Assembly: GCA_964234715.1 (NCBI GenBank)
Contig: OZ174278.1
From: Podarcis melisellensis
Lineage: Eukaryota
Strand: one strand, 5' to 3'
Length of the DNA: 64,000 nt
Shown here: piece by piece, positions 51,249 to 64,000 of the stretch
How the letters are laid out: each line of letters opens with the position of its first letter
Numbering within the stretch: the stretch's first letter is position 1
Program-made: the position numbers and the translations under genes
The notes under the pieces: model-generated
What the model was told of the DNA's origin: nothing
What the model saw: only the letters and a program-made list of their open reading frames with translations
The model's database searches: none

Positions 51249-52271
51249 GTGCATTAACATACATGTGCCCCTCTTTGCAATTAAAGGGGTCAGTGTAGTG
51301 CAGAGAAAGGAAACTGGAGAGAGAGTGATTAACTCCTTCTCACCCCACCACATCTTTTCTCCTAATTGCTCCCCAAGCCACTTCCTTCTCGGAGGTTCTT
51401 AATGCATGAGTGCCAGGGTAAATCCGTACTTGGAAACACCACAGGTGGGAAAAAGCTTGTGGAGATTATCTGAGTGGAGAAATAACACACTTGGTAAAAA
51501 AAATATGTTGCCAAAATGCAGGAAAAGGAAAACAAGCAATGAAAGTGAAGAAGCGAGGGAGGAAGTTAAGGACCACTAAATGAACAGGAAAGAAAAACAA
51601 CAACACTATTACGCCTTCTAAATTATTTTTTCTTAATTTTTAAAATAAAAGGATACAAATAAAAATAACGGCACAGTTTACAGAAGTGGAAACAACACAG
51701 CAGGTTAACTAATAAGTGTACGATTGGGCCTCTTAGCTGTGAGAAGACTGGATAGGAGGATCACATCTTATTTGGTTCCAAGGGTTCCACATAGACACAA
51801 AAATGTTATTACTAAAACTCTTGGAACCGCCTTTGTGCGCATCTCAGGGCTTCCAGAGCCAGCATGCCAAGAGGGCCTTGCCCTGCCAAGCAAGGCAGAG
51901 AAGCTTTGCTTGCATTTAACTTGTGGGACAGGGTATCAACCAGCGGCCTTCACCCACGTATGGTTGTATCCACAAAAGTTAAATCCCCATAAGATGCAAT
52001 CATACTGTACAGTATTGGTTGGCTCAAACCTTCCCAGGAGCTTTACCCCAAGACAGACATATGGTGACATGCTTGAAGTGCACTCCCATTTCTTGTTCCT
52101 ATGCAAAACAGTAACTTACCACTTCACTGTCCAGCAAAATGTCATAGGAACACAGGATGCTGCTTTATAGCAAGTCAGGAAATTGCTAACTCAGCATTGT
52201 CTGTGCTGACTGGAAACAACTTGCCAGGGAATGAGAGAAGACATTCCCAGCTCTACCTGGAAATGGCTGTG

Positions 52272-52350
52272 AGCAGGATTCCTGCATTGCAGGGCATATG
52301 ACTAGATGACCCTCGGGATTCTTTCCAGCTCTACAATTCTCTGATTCTAA
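52272..52350 (+). mobile_element. CR1 3' terminal fragment
   Basis: gattcctgcattgcaggg...gactagatgaccctcggga...ttccagctctacaattctctgattcta. Confidence 0.8.
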
Positions 52351-52486
52351 ATATTGACTTGTAAGTCAACCTTGTTTATTATCAGAGCTCTAGGATGTAA
52401 CTTCCTGATACGCATCAGAGGGCCATGAGAAAATATTTCAAATTAGCCATAACCATTTATACTCCTGCACCGGAGACTGCCCATTT

Positions 52487-53961
52487 TCTTCTTTATTTTT
52501 GTAATCTACAGAATTGACCGTTTAGAAATAAAATGGTCCCTTCTTGCTTTGACCCCTTGCAACCCCTAATTACGGCATCAGATTTTCAGCGTCACCATTT
52601 CTGTGTGACTGAGCTGAGTTATTTAAGACTTTGCAAGGCTAAAGCTGCACTTTTAAAATCAACTTTACTAGACAAGGCATTTCTAGTTCAGACCACACGA
52701 GAATAAATTACAGGGTGATTTGCATAAATCTATCACAATGCACTACTATGCTTTGGTGAACGGGTCACAGAGCAAAGAGGCGGCAATGCCTCACTACACC
52801 AAGGGAGCCTGCAGAGGCTCTGAAGATATTGTTTCGGAGAGGAATGAGGGCAGAAGATGAGTTGTAGAATGGAATGAGCCACTGCACTGAAGAACATTTA
52901 AACAATGCTCTCTAAACTTTGGTATGAGATCCAATTTCAGATAAACTGAAAAAAGTACAAAGACTAACCAATTATGGTGGAATAAGCTTTTGTGGGTCAG
53001 ATCCCACTTTAGCATGCATCTGACAAATTGTGCTTTGTCCCACAGAAGCTTGTGCCATAAATGTGTTAAGTTTTTTAACGGTGCTGCAGGAATCACCATT
53101 GTTTTTACCTAGAGAGCTTAGGCAAGTAGCCCAAACCAACATACAGTTGCAACCCTATGCATGTTTACTCGAAAGCAAGTTTAATATGATTTACTCTCAC
53201 AACACTGCTGCAGCCATAAAAAGATACAAAAGCACTTCCAAAGAAAAGTGTATATATCTATAAAAACCTATCTAAAAGATTCATAAAAGCTGCATTGCAA
53301 TAGGGACTTCTACAGCTAAAAATTTCCAAGTGTCCCAGACCCCCTTGCAGATGTAATTAGCCACACCTGCCAACAGCATAGTCATGCTGCTCCTGATCAT
53401 TCCCAGCAATGGATACGATGAGTAGAGGTGGGCATGTGCAGGATTATGGTAGCTGCAGAATGCTGCATAGATTTTTGTAACATTGCTTAATGCTGAGAGA
53501 AGAGCCTGTTGGCGAATGTGGGAAGCTGTGTTACACAAGGCCAGAATATTTGTCCACCCAGCCCAACTTTCGCTGTTACAATATGACTGGCTCATTCTTT
53601 CAGCTGGAGATGCCAGGGATTGCATCTGGGATCTCCTGCATACAAAGTTTGTGATTTAAAGCGAAGCTATGGTCCTTCCCCAAATCTTCTTTATTTTTGT
53701 AATCTACAGAATTGACCGTTTAGAAATAAAATGGTCCCTTCTTGCTTTGACCCCTTGCAACCCCTAATTACGGCATCAGATTTTCAGCGTCACCATTTCT
53801 GTGTGACTGAGCTGAGTTATTTAAGACTTTGCAAGCCCAACTTTCGCTGTTACAATATGACTGGCTCATTCTTTCAGCTGGAGATGCCAGGGATTGCATC
53901 TGGGATCTCCTGCATACAAAGTTTGTGATTTAAAGCGAAGCTATGGTCCTTCCCCAAATCT
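52487..53961 (+). repeat. Perfect local duplications: A 52487-52637 = A' 53685-53835 (151 bp); B 53560-53687 = B' 53834-53961 (128 bp)
   Basis: Direct comparison shows no mismatches. The order is A...B-A'-B'. B contains a Squam3 5' fragment on the minus strand. Confidence 0.95.
52959..53094. mobile_element. Decayed Penelope-like inverted terminal-repeat pair with hammerhead-ribozyme remnants
   Basis: aaagactaac..ataagcttttgtggg..cccactt|atgcat|ctgacaaa..cccacagaagcttgtgccataaa..tgtta..ggtgctgcagg. Inverted symmetry around atgcat (53014-53019). Confidence 0.65.
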
Positions 53962-54959
53962 CTTTTTAGTCAGTATAAACATTTGCTGGACATCGAAGTA
54001 ATTATATTTTATCTGGAAAATAACTGGCCAAAATGTTCAGTAATCACAATGAATAATATAAAATTGATTGCTTTTGTTTCATTTATACCCCTTCATCTTC
54101 CAAGGAGTTTAGTGTGGGACCCGTGGCTCCTCTCTCCTCTAATTTCCATAGGTCTACTCTGAGTAGGACTAACACTGGATACAACCCACTGTCTCTCTAT
54201 AGCAGGACTTTTCCATCATTGAGCGAATGCTCTCTCTATGACCTCCTCACACAGTACTGATGGCTTGAAATCAGCTTAAACAGTAGTAGAGAATTCCTGG
54301 ATAAAAGCAATAGTGAGAGGCCAGGGAAAATGTGGCAGTGCCACATTTAGATAGACTGCTGAGTATACATCACTTATATCATCTACTATTTCCTGGTTTT
54401 GTTTTGTTAGTTTTTATAGTTTATTGGGTTGTTTTAAAACATCTAAACCACAGAGCATCAGTAGTCACAAGTTTCATTTTGTTTTATTCATTTATAACAT
54501 TTTATATACCAGCTTATCGGCTATAACTCTACAACTGTTTTACTTCACCCCCAGAGGTGCACTCTTTCACTGTCTCCTGAGATGCCAACCAATCACATAC
54601 CAACTTCATTGTCCATCCTCCCTTCTTCACAGCTAGTGAATCAATCAGTATCCCTCATTTCTCTTCCAGTGTATCTTCCCCCGTCCTTGCTTCTGTAATC
54701 ACCTGGCATTCCCCTCAAAGCTGACATCAGTTGTGGTGGCCCTTCCTGCAAACAGGTGAGGGCTTGGTAAATAGTGCTTTTCATTTCCTACTTTACTGCA
54801 GCTGCAATCGTTCCCCTCTTATATACTCCAAGTTTTGTTTCCCCTTCCCCTCAATTTAATGGTAAGGGTAAAACTAATAAAGATTTCCAGGCTGTGAATC
54901 ATGATGCTCACTTGCAAGTAAGTATCATGGAGCATAGGCTTCCTTTTGAGTAAAGGTGA

Positions 54960-55088
54960 TGAGGTTTCTAAGCAGAGGTTGGGTGGTCATCTGTCATGGA
55001 TGCTTTAGCTGAGATTCCTGCATTGCAGGGGGTTGGACTAGATGACCCTTGGGATCCCTTCCAACTGTATAATTCTATAATTCTATGA
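54960..55088 (+). mobile_element. CR1 LINE 3' end
   Basis: aagcagaggttggg.ggtcatctgtca...gattcctgcattgcagggggttggactagatgaccctt...ccttccaact..(attctat)n. Confidence 0.9.
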
Positions 55089-57199
55089 CCAAGCTTCTAA
55101 AGCTGCACCTCTACCACCGTGGGGATTACTTCTGAGTAAACCTGCACAGGCTCAGCTGCAAGTTGTGGGGAGGGGAAGCAAATCTGTAATTATGTCTGGT
55201 AGGAAAAAGATGGAGGAGAAGGGGAAACGCTGACAGGTTTTAGGAGTTTTTGTATATAACTGAGATCGGATCTGTGGAAAGCCTTTGAGTACAGGGCGTT
55301 TTGGCCATTCCCCACCCCTTAAACAGAAGACTTGCTTTGTGCAGCCAATCACACACCCCACAAATCCCTAAGTAAATCCCCACTTCTGTTCCACAGGCAT
55401 CCATTGTATTGATTTTCAATTGCATTTTTATTGCTTCTTTTATTTCTTCTATATTTGTATTACAATCCGAATTTCACAGAATTCAAACTGTGAAATACTG
55501 CACAATAAAACACAATACAAATAAAAGGGAGGAATAAAAAGACAATTAAAAATCATACAGCTTCTAGCACAGCACATTAATATTGCTCCAAAAGGCAAGA
55601 AAATCATTAATTGGCCCACCAGAACCGTCAGCAATTTTCAAGTGGTCCATGAAAAAGAAAAGGTTTGTGAACCACTGCTGTAAAGCATATGCCCGCATTC
55701 CTTTTACAGCAAACTTTCAGCCAAAATTTTATTCCTTAAATAGGCCAGTAATTAACTGCTACCATAAGCAATAATTTAGAGGAAGGGTGGTTTTTTAAAA
55801 AAATCTGAACAAGAAAAGGCCATTCACTTGCAGAAATTAATACCAATAGTTGGTTGGGTGTGGGTGTGTGGAATTCCACTCAACAATGACCAAAATGTTT
55901 TTTTATTTATCAGAGACAAAAAAGGGGGGTAGGATGGCAATAAATGGAAAAAAGGGAAGAATAAAGCAAAGATCTTGAAACCTAAAAAAATGTGCCTAAA
56001 GGCTCAGGAAGATGCTCTATTTGTACTAAAGAAAAGGAAAGGAAAAGGAAATGTGCATAGAGTGTTTATGAATCAATGAAAACAGTTGCTTTATGGAAAA
56101 GGTTTATTTTAAAAAAAACACTAAAGTGCTGCATTTCTGCGAGCAAAATAAGTAGGATGCTACAGGAACATAAAGTATATCTGATAAGGTGCATACTTAA
56201 AGGGTAAAGTGATGATGGGGAAAGAAGCTTTTAAAGACATCAATATATTTATTTTACAGGATTTTCTTTTAAAAGTGCCTGAACATCCCCCCTCCCTGAA
56301 ATGCTGCATATGTTGAGCCCGTGGTGGATTTATTCCCATTTCAAAAAGTTTTATTCTGGGAAAGGAACATTGTTCAGGCATCCCAGTAGTTGTCTGATGA
56401 TGTAGTGAATCACTGAGATATTCCTAAACTAGTCATCAACAGAATAAACTAGACATACACTATTTCTGTGTGTATAGACTTGGAACTTCCCCAGTTGCAT
56501 GGAATGAAGGGAGCAGGGTCTAATTTTAACAGCATAAAGGTCATAAACAGGTGAAGACCACAGAACATTTCCACATTTGAAGTGCATTAGCAGCAGTTTC
56601 TTTCTGAAAGTGCATCTCTCCTCATCTGAGCATGGATGCTGCAACTGACCTTTCCTGACAGGAATACACTTTGAAAGAGGCTGTGGAGAGGTGGTCTGTA
56701 GGTGTGGGGAGGGTTATGCATTTCACATTCAAGTGCATAATCTGGTAATTTGGATTTCAGGTTGCCTCCCGCCCCCTTGCTACATGACTGGGACAGTTAC
56801 TTGGAAACACACATGACCACCTATATATATATATTGGCCCTAGGATAATTCTGCCTAAGGCTATTGAAATACATCTAACCCCCATTGATTATAATTTGCC
56901 CGATCATGTACAAACACAGTGATTTTAAAATTTTGCTGCAATTTGTCTCAGGAGCAAAAGAATAGAGAGGCGGAATATTAATACTTCAAATAAATAAACA
57001 GCAGCATTCCTAATCTTACTCCACCTCGGACCTCACCCTCCCCACCCACACCAGCCAAAACAGAGGATGTGTAAAGCATGGTGATGAAAGTATATTAAAG
57101 CAAGATGATCTGGATATGTGCCTTTGGAACCACTACATTCATCACATTCCTTCTGAAAGATTCCTCCCTCAAACTGCAGCTCTTTAACAGGCCCAGCCC

Positions 57200-57850
57200 T
57201 GTGCCTAATGCAGCAAGCTGGATCTTAATTCTGTGGGCAAGATGCCTGGATGCTGTGATGCACCAGTGAAAATTCTGCTGCAGCACCAGATAAATTTTAA
57301 AAAGGGAGGTTTTTATTGCATTAAATATGAATGTGAATCATGCGTTCCTGAGAGTCACTCATGTTATTTATTTTTTATATTGCACCCAATTTATGTCCTT
57401 GCCGTCCTCGCAGTTTCACAGTTTGCAGAGTACTATAATTCTACGCCATGAAACCTGCAAAGGACAGCTGTGTGAGAGAGGGGCACAGTCAGTTTAGGGC
57501 TGTGGAATGTACACTACTTACATTATACTTGGCCTTTCCATGTGAAATAAACAGAGATCAAGCATTTAATTTATCAGCCCACCCCACCCTCTTTCTGGTG
57601 CTGACATTCCTTTAAATAAAAAATTACGCTTCTCAGAGAAGTTAATTCTAGCTGCCAACTAACTGCAGTTGGGCACTGCTGCACCGATTAAACAGCAAGC
57701 AAGATGGTTTAGACCGCCATCCACCCAAGTGCAGCTGGATAGAGCAAAACCCCAAACACGGTATGGAAAGGTTGATGGGATTTGCTGTTAGATGCAATCA
57801 CCATTTCTGTCATCATCTCGTAAACTGAGTGATGTAAGCGTAAGTGCGGG
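57200..57850. promoter_or_regulatory. Putative conserved non-coding / enhancer-like block
   Basis: No recognisable repeat; TAAT/TTTAT motifs and several retained CpGs. Conservation untested. Confidence 0.25.
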
Positions 57851-59679
57851 AAGAGGAAGTGGGGAGACTGCAATCTGCAGGACATGTTTTGTTTGTTTAT
57901 TTTTTTTGGTTTTGCCCAGAGACAAGTCATAACATAGAGATAGCCTTCTGACTTGCAAACAGAGGTCTGGTGTGACTTCAGTGCAGTTTAAATGCTCTGG
58001 TTTAATCCAGGTACTGAAATAAATAGACTGGTAGCAGAAATAATCAGGGCATCTTTACACCAAAAAGGACCATGATCTACCTGATTCCCCCCCCCCCATC
58101 CCTTTAACTAAAGTGCAATATCATCTACCAGCAAGTACAAATTTGCATAGGAATGCCCTAGATAAAACGTACAGGTGACAAGAGCTAGCTGTAACAGTGG
58201 CACCTTGGAGCAAGGGTTTTTGGATCAGTTTGACATCGTATTTCCTGCAGTAGTCAACATTGTTTTTTGGAAAGCCCACAAGCCAAGCGTGAATACAATC
58301 TTCTCTCCACCCTAACAGTCACCATACAGCAAGTAGTATTCGTCTGAACACAGTCATCCTATTTTGCCATCTTGTCTAGCGGCATATGATAGAACCTTTC
58401 TTCTTGAATGTCTAGTGAATTCCACATTACTGTATTTGGCCCCTTTCCCATCATGTTTCCTTTTTATCTCCTTTGGCATGGAAAGCCGCTAAGGCAGTTC
58501 TGTAGTCTGTCCTCTATGAACAGTGCTTGCTGATGGCACCTCGATTTGGGAAAGTCTGAAGAGCTCGCTTTGGAACCCTCAACCCCAATTGCAGCTTATT
58601 CCACCTCTTCTTGCTTTCTTGCGCTCTCAGCTCCACCTTGGTTCCTTCTCTTTATCCCGAGCACGTTAAATCCCTGGCCCCAGAGAAACCAAGCAAGCGC
58701 TGCTGTCTAAATGCTTGCAAAGCCAGAAGCTCTTTATGAGTTCCGACATGTAACCCAGCGGTATTGCATGGCCAGAAGCGGGATTCTTCTGTTTTCTGTT
58801 TCAGTGTATTAGGCTCCTGAATGGCAGTCTGTTGAGGTAGCAGGCCAGGCCAACTGTCAGTACAGTACACAGAAAAGCTGGTTTCACGTGCTTTCCTTCT
58901 GCTGAATGCTTTGGTGGGGGGAATCATTGCCTCAAGTTTCCAGCTTTGTCAGTACAACTCCACTTGAGTCTCCTTAACACACTTCTAGTCGAAAGTGTGA
59001 GAGGCTCTTGTCACAGCAAGGAAACATCTTCTTTTTCTTCCCTTTCCTGGAAAATCCAGAGTCCTTTGAACAGTGGTGCTTGAGCAGACCATGCAAATTG
59101 TGGAAAGGAGGCTACTGTTAAAACAGTGGCCTCGAAAGAGGGTAGTGTCAGTCACTCGGCCAGAAATGTGAAGCAAGTGGGAAGTCTTGCGAGCAGTAGT
59201 GGTGTCTGCAGGCATTACCATATGGCACTGTTCCCCCAGGGTGTTTGGGAACTGACTTTGCAACTGCTTCATGGGAGCCAGAATGCACTGTGGCATGAAG
59301 TCTGTGCCACAGTGGGGGAGGCAGATGGCATGCCAATGTGATACCTGCAGTCCCACACAATGTCATACTGTTCCTCTTTGGATGCATTTTCCTTATGCTC
59401 ACGGTATGATAGAGTGCTGCATTTTCAGGAAGGGGGAGGGATTTCTTCCTCAGGCCTGATTCTGGATGTGTACGTTGTTTGTGTCAACATCTTCCCTCCA
59501 TGGATTTGTGGACCATATATAATTAGCTGCAGGAGTTTGGTTTCTTTGCAATGGTATTTCTGAATTATATAAATTCACCTACCCGTGTTAACTTACCTGG
59601 GGGCCAGAAGCTTTGATGTACCAGAGTGGACTGTCAAGCAGATTTTACCATCACAAAGGTCTTCCTGGGGTTTATTCGG

Positions 59680-59870
59680 AATATCCTTTCTTGCAACTTG
59701 AAGCCATTTGTTTGGGTCCTACCCGCCAGAGCAGGAGAAAACTAGCTTGCTTCATCATCCATGTGACAACCCTTTAGATATTTGAAGATGGCTATCATAT
59801 CTCTTCTCAGTCGCTTTTATCCAGGCTAAACACAGGGGCAGACTTCAGTAATCTTTCATAAGGCAATCTG
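59680..59870 (-). mobile_element. CR1 LINE ORF2 C-terminal fragment
   Basis: ccctttagatatttgaagatggctatcatatctcttctcagt is the reverse of LR.DMIAIFKYLKG. Confidence 0.8.
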
Positions 59871-60468
59871 TGCAAGGTCAATATTTGGTGCCTCAAAATG
59901 GATTTTCTCAGTTGTGCTCCCCCTCAACTCAGGGCCCTGTGTGGGGGAAACACCCGCAATGCCCTAAACCTGGTGCTGCTAAACATACCCAATTCCCTCA
60001 TTTAATTGCAACTCTCACTGGACCTTGGGAATACACAACCTTGGTTGGGTTTCAACAATCCTTCTATAAAGGAATTTCTGCAACTCCTGTGACTAATCAT
60101 TTACATGCAGGCATCTCTTATGTCAACTCGCAGTATGAAGATGATCAAGGTTGACTGATCCAGCAGGTCTGTATAAGAAAATCAAAACCCTTTTCAACCA
60201 GGAAAAATGGGTAACAACAGTTGGGGGCATGGAGGATACATGCACAGATTTTTGCAGCGGAAGGAATTGAGCTGTTTGCCTCTGTCTCAACTAGTAAATT
60301 TTAAGCACAATATCACAGGGTTTACACAGGTTGTTACACTGGCCCTTGTTTCATGCCTCATTTCAGCACTGATGCAGTTAATGTAAACTTAAAAGCAGTT
60401 AACCTCTAATCTGTGTGGGCACGGCCAGTGTTGTTTCTAATATGTGTACACTGCCTAGCAAATGTTGC

Positions 60469-60513
<45 letters not shown>
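60469..60513. repeat. (AAT)n microsatellite
   Basis: About 15 tandem aat units; explains the poly-N and poly-I ORFs. Confidence 0.95.
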
Positions 60514-60514
<1 letters not shown>

Positions 60515-63500
60515 TAATGAAAAATTCTGTCAGATGGCAAACTCAAATGACTGAGTGCCAACAGAACTGGAGCCAAAGCATGACAACTGCGAAACAAGAC
60601 AAAGTTATAACCAGGCATGGAGGTGTGCCGAAGTACAAAACATTTTTAAATCCAACCCCCGCCACACAGAGAAGGGAAGTACTAAGCACACTGCTACTGT
60701 TTTCAGTGGTGGCTACATATACAATACAACATTTCATCTATGACTTCTACTACATTCATTTGTGGTAAATAATTCAGTGGTGTTATGATAAAGGTACTTC
60801 CCCCGCCAGAGGAAATTAAAGATCCCGTTGATCCAGTGGGTATTACTCTGGTGATTTCTTGCCAATGGCATTTTGTATAAGAATGCAATGACATGTGTTG
60901 CATAAATGCAAACTGTTTATGCTCATGTACTTGCTACTGGGAAATAATCTGGTAAAATAGCAAAATGCTTCCTGTCTGGGTTGTCAACATTACAAAACAC
61001 ACAAGACATATGAAATAACATTTAATAACATATCCCAGGATAAAGCTTCAATTGATTTGCTTGTTGTGCTAACCATCAAGAAATTCCAGCCCCTGATGTC
61101 CCAAACCAGAACAAATTTTCTCCACCCTTTACCAAGCAGGACAAAGTCTCTTTGAAGTGCTCCTTTTCCTGTTTCCAGATAGCTATACCCCTTTCTGGGA
61201 TACTTCCCTCCATTGCAAACCCCACCCCTTGCCCTAATTCTCAGTGTTCTGTGGTTGATTAAATAATCTATGGCCTTGTGAAAACATTTGTGGGAGGGAG
61301 CTATTGGTTCTTACTTGCTGTTTTTATGATATGCATTTTGTGTTTTCAGTTTGTATTTTTATGCTGTAAACTGCCCTGTGATATTCTGATAAAGAGGGTA
61401 TATAGAAATGGGTACCTTTGGCTCTCCAGATGTTCCCGGACACCACCTACCATTAGCCCCAAGCTAGCATTTCTAATGGTCAGGGATAATGGGAGCTGTA
61501 ATCTAACAAACAAATGGAGGTGTACAGGTTCCCCACCCCTATATTTCACTATTAACACATTCATTGAACCTCCAACCACATGAACAGTAGTTGGAGACCC
61601 TTTAATGCAGAGGTACTGTTTCAGAAATAATTCAGTACAGTATTCTAAGTTCCAACCCAATTATTAAATAAGTGCAAAGATCAGCCTTTCTAATGCTAAG
61701 TTAAGAAGTACCAAATATTGGATATGTTATATTAATATAACTTAAAACAGACTAATATGAATGTCACCACTGCCCCCTCATTTCCCTAGATACCTTGGAG
61801 CCCTTGAGGCGACATTTAGCACTCCCTGGGAATAACCTTAGGGCATGTGCAAACCACTAGAACTCTTGCTGCTGGTGCAGACAGACACTCACGTAAGTAC
61901 ATCAGGTATGAGGCCAGTGTAATTATGATGGTGCTGCTGCCAATGTCTGCTACAGACCTGCAGTTCCACTCAAAAGCACTGCTGACGCAAGTGGCCAGCA
62001 TGCCATCTAGAAAACCACAGAAGTCAGCAGAAAGGGCACCAGCAAGGGAAGCCACTCAAGGCAGCTTGCCCATGGCTCCCCAGAAACCTAGAGTATGGTC
62101 TAGGAAGAACAGTGAGAATGACTTGCCTGATTCATAATATGAGATGCATTTTTTTGTCCTCTACCAAAAGTAATTGCCACAAAACCAATTCAGAGTAAGC
62201 ACAGGAAGCACTGTGCTCACCTGGAATTGACATTATGAAATTGGCATCACATCATTGCGTAAGTGACCAATAACCAACTGGAATCAGGAAGTGAAGGAGA
62301 AAATGGGGCTAAACAAATTAACAGATAAGGGTGTGTGTGTGCCATTTTATGTTCTTATTAATAGCCATTCAGTGGATCAATATAAGAAAATTCATTTTTG
62401 TATTACAAGTGAGAAAACATTTGGTCCAATTGTAATTAGATTTTTAATTGGAAGGAAATTCTGCACATCGTGCACCCTGGAGAGGGTGGGGTGGCATTAC
62501 TGTCTAGACTCTGTAGATAACTGTATATAGAAGATGGTTTGATCCAGTAGCTTTTTAAAAACAGGAACAACAACCACAACCCCTAGTTATGTTGTTGTCA
62601 CTGAGTTGGTTATATCCCAGATCTAAGCTAAAGACTTGGGGGGGGGGGGGAACCTAACCTTCAAAATGTTCTTGATCATTTGCCTCTGACATCCAGTTAC
62701 TGGAATCAAAGTGAAAGGGGATATTGTTCCCTCATAAAATAATAACCAAGTTGGCATATTTAAATAGGCACCATGGCATGTGAAAAACATGAGCTAAGAA
62801 CTACATATATTTCAAAGAATGAGGAGGAATGCCAAAATGGCTCTAATAAGACTTCTGAATGAAGTTATTATTCATTGCATTCCCAAAAAGAATCAAGTCA
62901 TGAAAGAATAGGTTGGAATGGAATCTATTAGTGAATCAGTGTTCTGTGACTACTGAGCATGCTCAGTCCTCACTGAGTTTCTTTGTTCTTCCAAAATTTG
63001 TTGCAGTTCTGCAAGTCTCAGGGGTTCCCCCTCCCCAAGCATGTTGATATCTCCCCTCTTGCTTTCTCAGTGGGTCTGCTGGCATTCAGCAGTTGAGCTC
63101 ATTATTAGAAGATTGAAACGCCACTAGAAGATTGGTCGCCACTAAAACACCAATTCAGAGGTCCACTGCAGAGGATGGCAAGTGGTGGCCAGTTAAGTCA
63201 ACATATTAAGAAACTTTTGAGCCCCTACGGCCCTCAGCCAGTGCCCAACTTTGCCCACCATTGGCACTTTAACATGCATATGCTATTTAACATGCAAATA
63301 TGTGGAACCACCATCCTTCCCATTGGTTCCATATGCATGTTAAACGAACTGAAGCAGACCAAAGATTAAAGGCCATAGTGTGAAGAAAATATCATACACA
63401 CACCCATGCCCCTCTCTAGGACCAATCTTCCAGGAAGGACTGAGGCCACCATATCACTGTACCTCCCAAGCACAGATAACCGACTTCACATACTGTTGTA

Positions 63501-64000
63501 TCGACTCCATAACAAATATTAGACTGCAGCCTGCTTTGGTTTGGCCCATTACAGAAGCTAAATTTGGACCGAGACTTCTACAACATTTGAAGCAGAAGTT
63601 TAAAGGCCTCCTCATTGCTAAGCTATTTCATTCTCTCCCTGCCCCAGTCCTGCACCTTGCATTCTCTCTGGCACCTCTTCTCAGGCAGAAAAAGGCCATC
63701 ATGTTACCAGCATAATTAAAAATGGCATGTGAGGCAGCTTGGGTGAAAATCTCCCCCATTAATTTTTCATCTTTCCTCAGGCAACTCTGCCTATGGATCT
63801 GCACTAGGCATTAAGGAAGACTTGTCGACTAAAAACCATTAACATCTTCCTCCTGGGCCTTGTGTCCTGTGTGCACACTCAGCATCGTTTCTGCCATGTT
63901 GCTCTACTAGAGTGACCTCTGTGGGAAGCAGCTTCACCAGAACACCATGCAGCAGCTCAAAGCAAATTGCTTTGCTCCCATGTGGGGCGCTCTCCCAGAG

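Noticed and set aside
56596-56645. Minus-strand hammerhead-like arrangement (gcagcaTC..cagatgag..gaaactgctgc)
   Set aside because: The core is CAGAUGA rather than CUGAUGA, stem I cannot form, and stem III is out of register. Probably chance.
60406-60768. Poly-Asn / poly-Ile ORFs
   Set aside because: Translation of an (AAT)n microsatellite.
89-63715. Remaining 60-150 aa ORFs in the six-frame track
   Set aside because: No recognisable domains, many alternative starts, and lengths expected by chance in non-coding vertebrate DNA.

Overview
This is eukaryotic, AT-rich vertebrate DNA, almost certainly from a squamate reptile and most likely a lacertid lizard (Podarcis/Lacerta/Zootoca type). The assignment rests on lacertid-type Sauria SINEs, Squam3-like tRNA SINEs and squamate CR1/L2/RTE-X tails, recognised from memory without any database search. 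I find no intact host protein-coding gene, RNA gene or CRISPR array. The window reads as a large intron or gene desert: layered transposon relics interleaved with repeat-free, homeobox/POU-motif-rich blocks that may be conserved enhancers. All ORFs with real protein homology are transposon-derived: an L1 ORF2 C-terminus, a disabled Chapaev3 transposase, and L2 and RTE-X remnants. The best-supported structures are: a 1.9 kb Chapaev3 element with a TTA target duplication inside an old L2; a 1.7 kb fold-back hAT element carrying a mirrored ~51-bp minisatellite; two Squam3 SINE copies hit by insertions at the same GTGTAGAC site; a perfect 274-bp two-segment templated duplication with microhomology junctions; and a decayed Penelope-type inverted repeat with hammerhead remnants. 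I cannot support a claim of a new functional biological system. These structures are the strongest leads.
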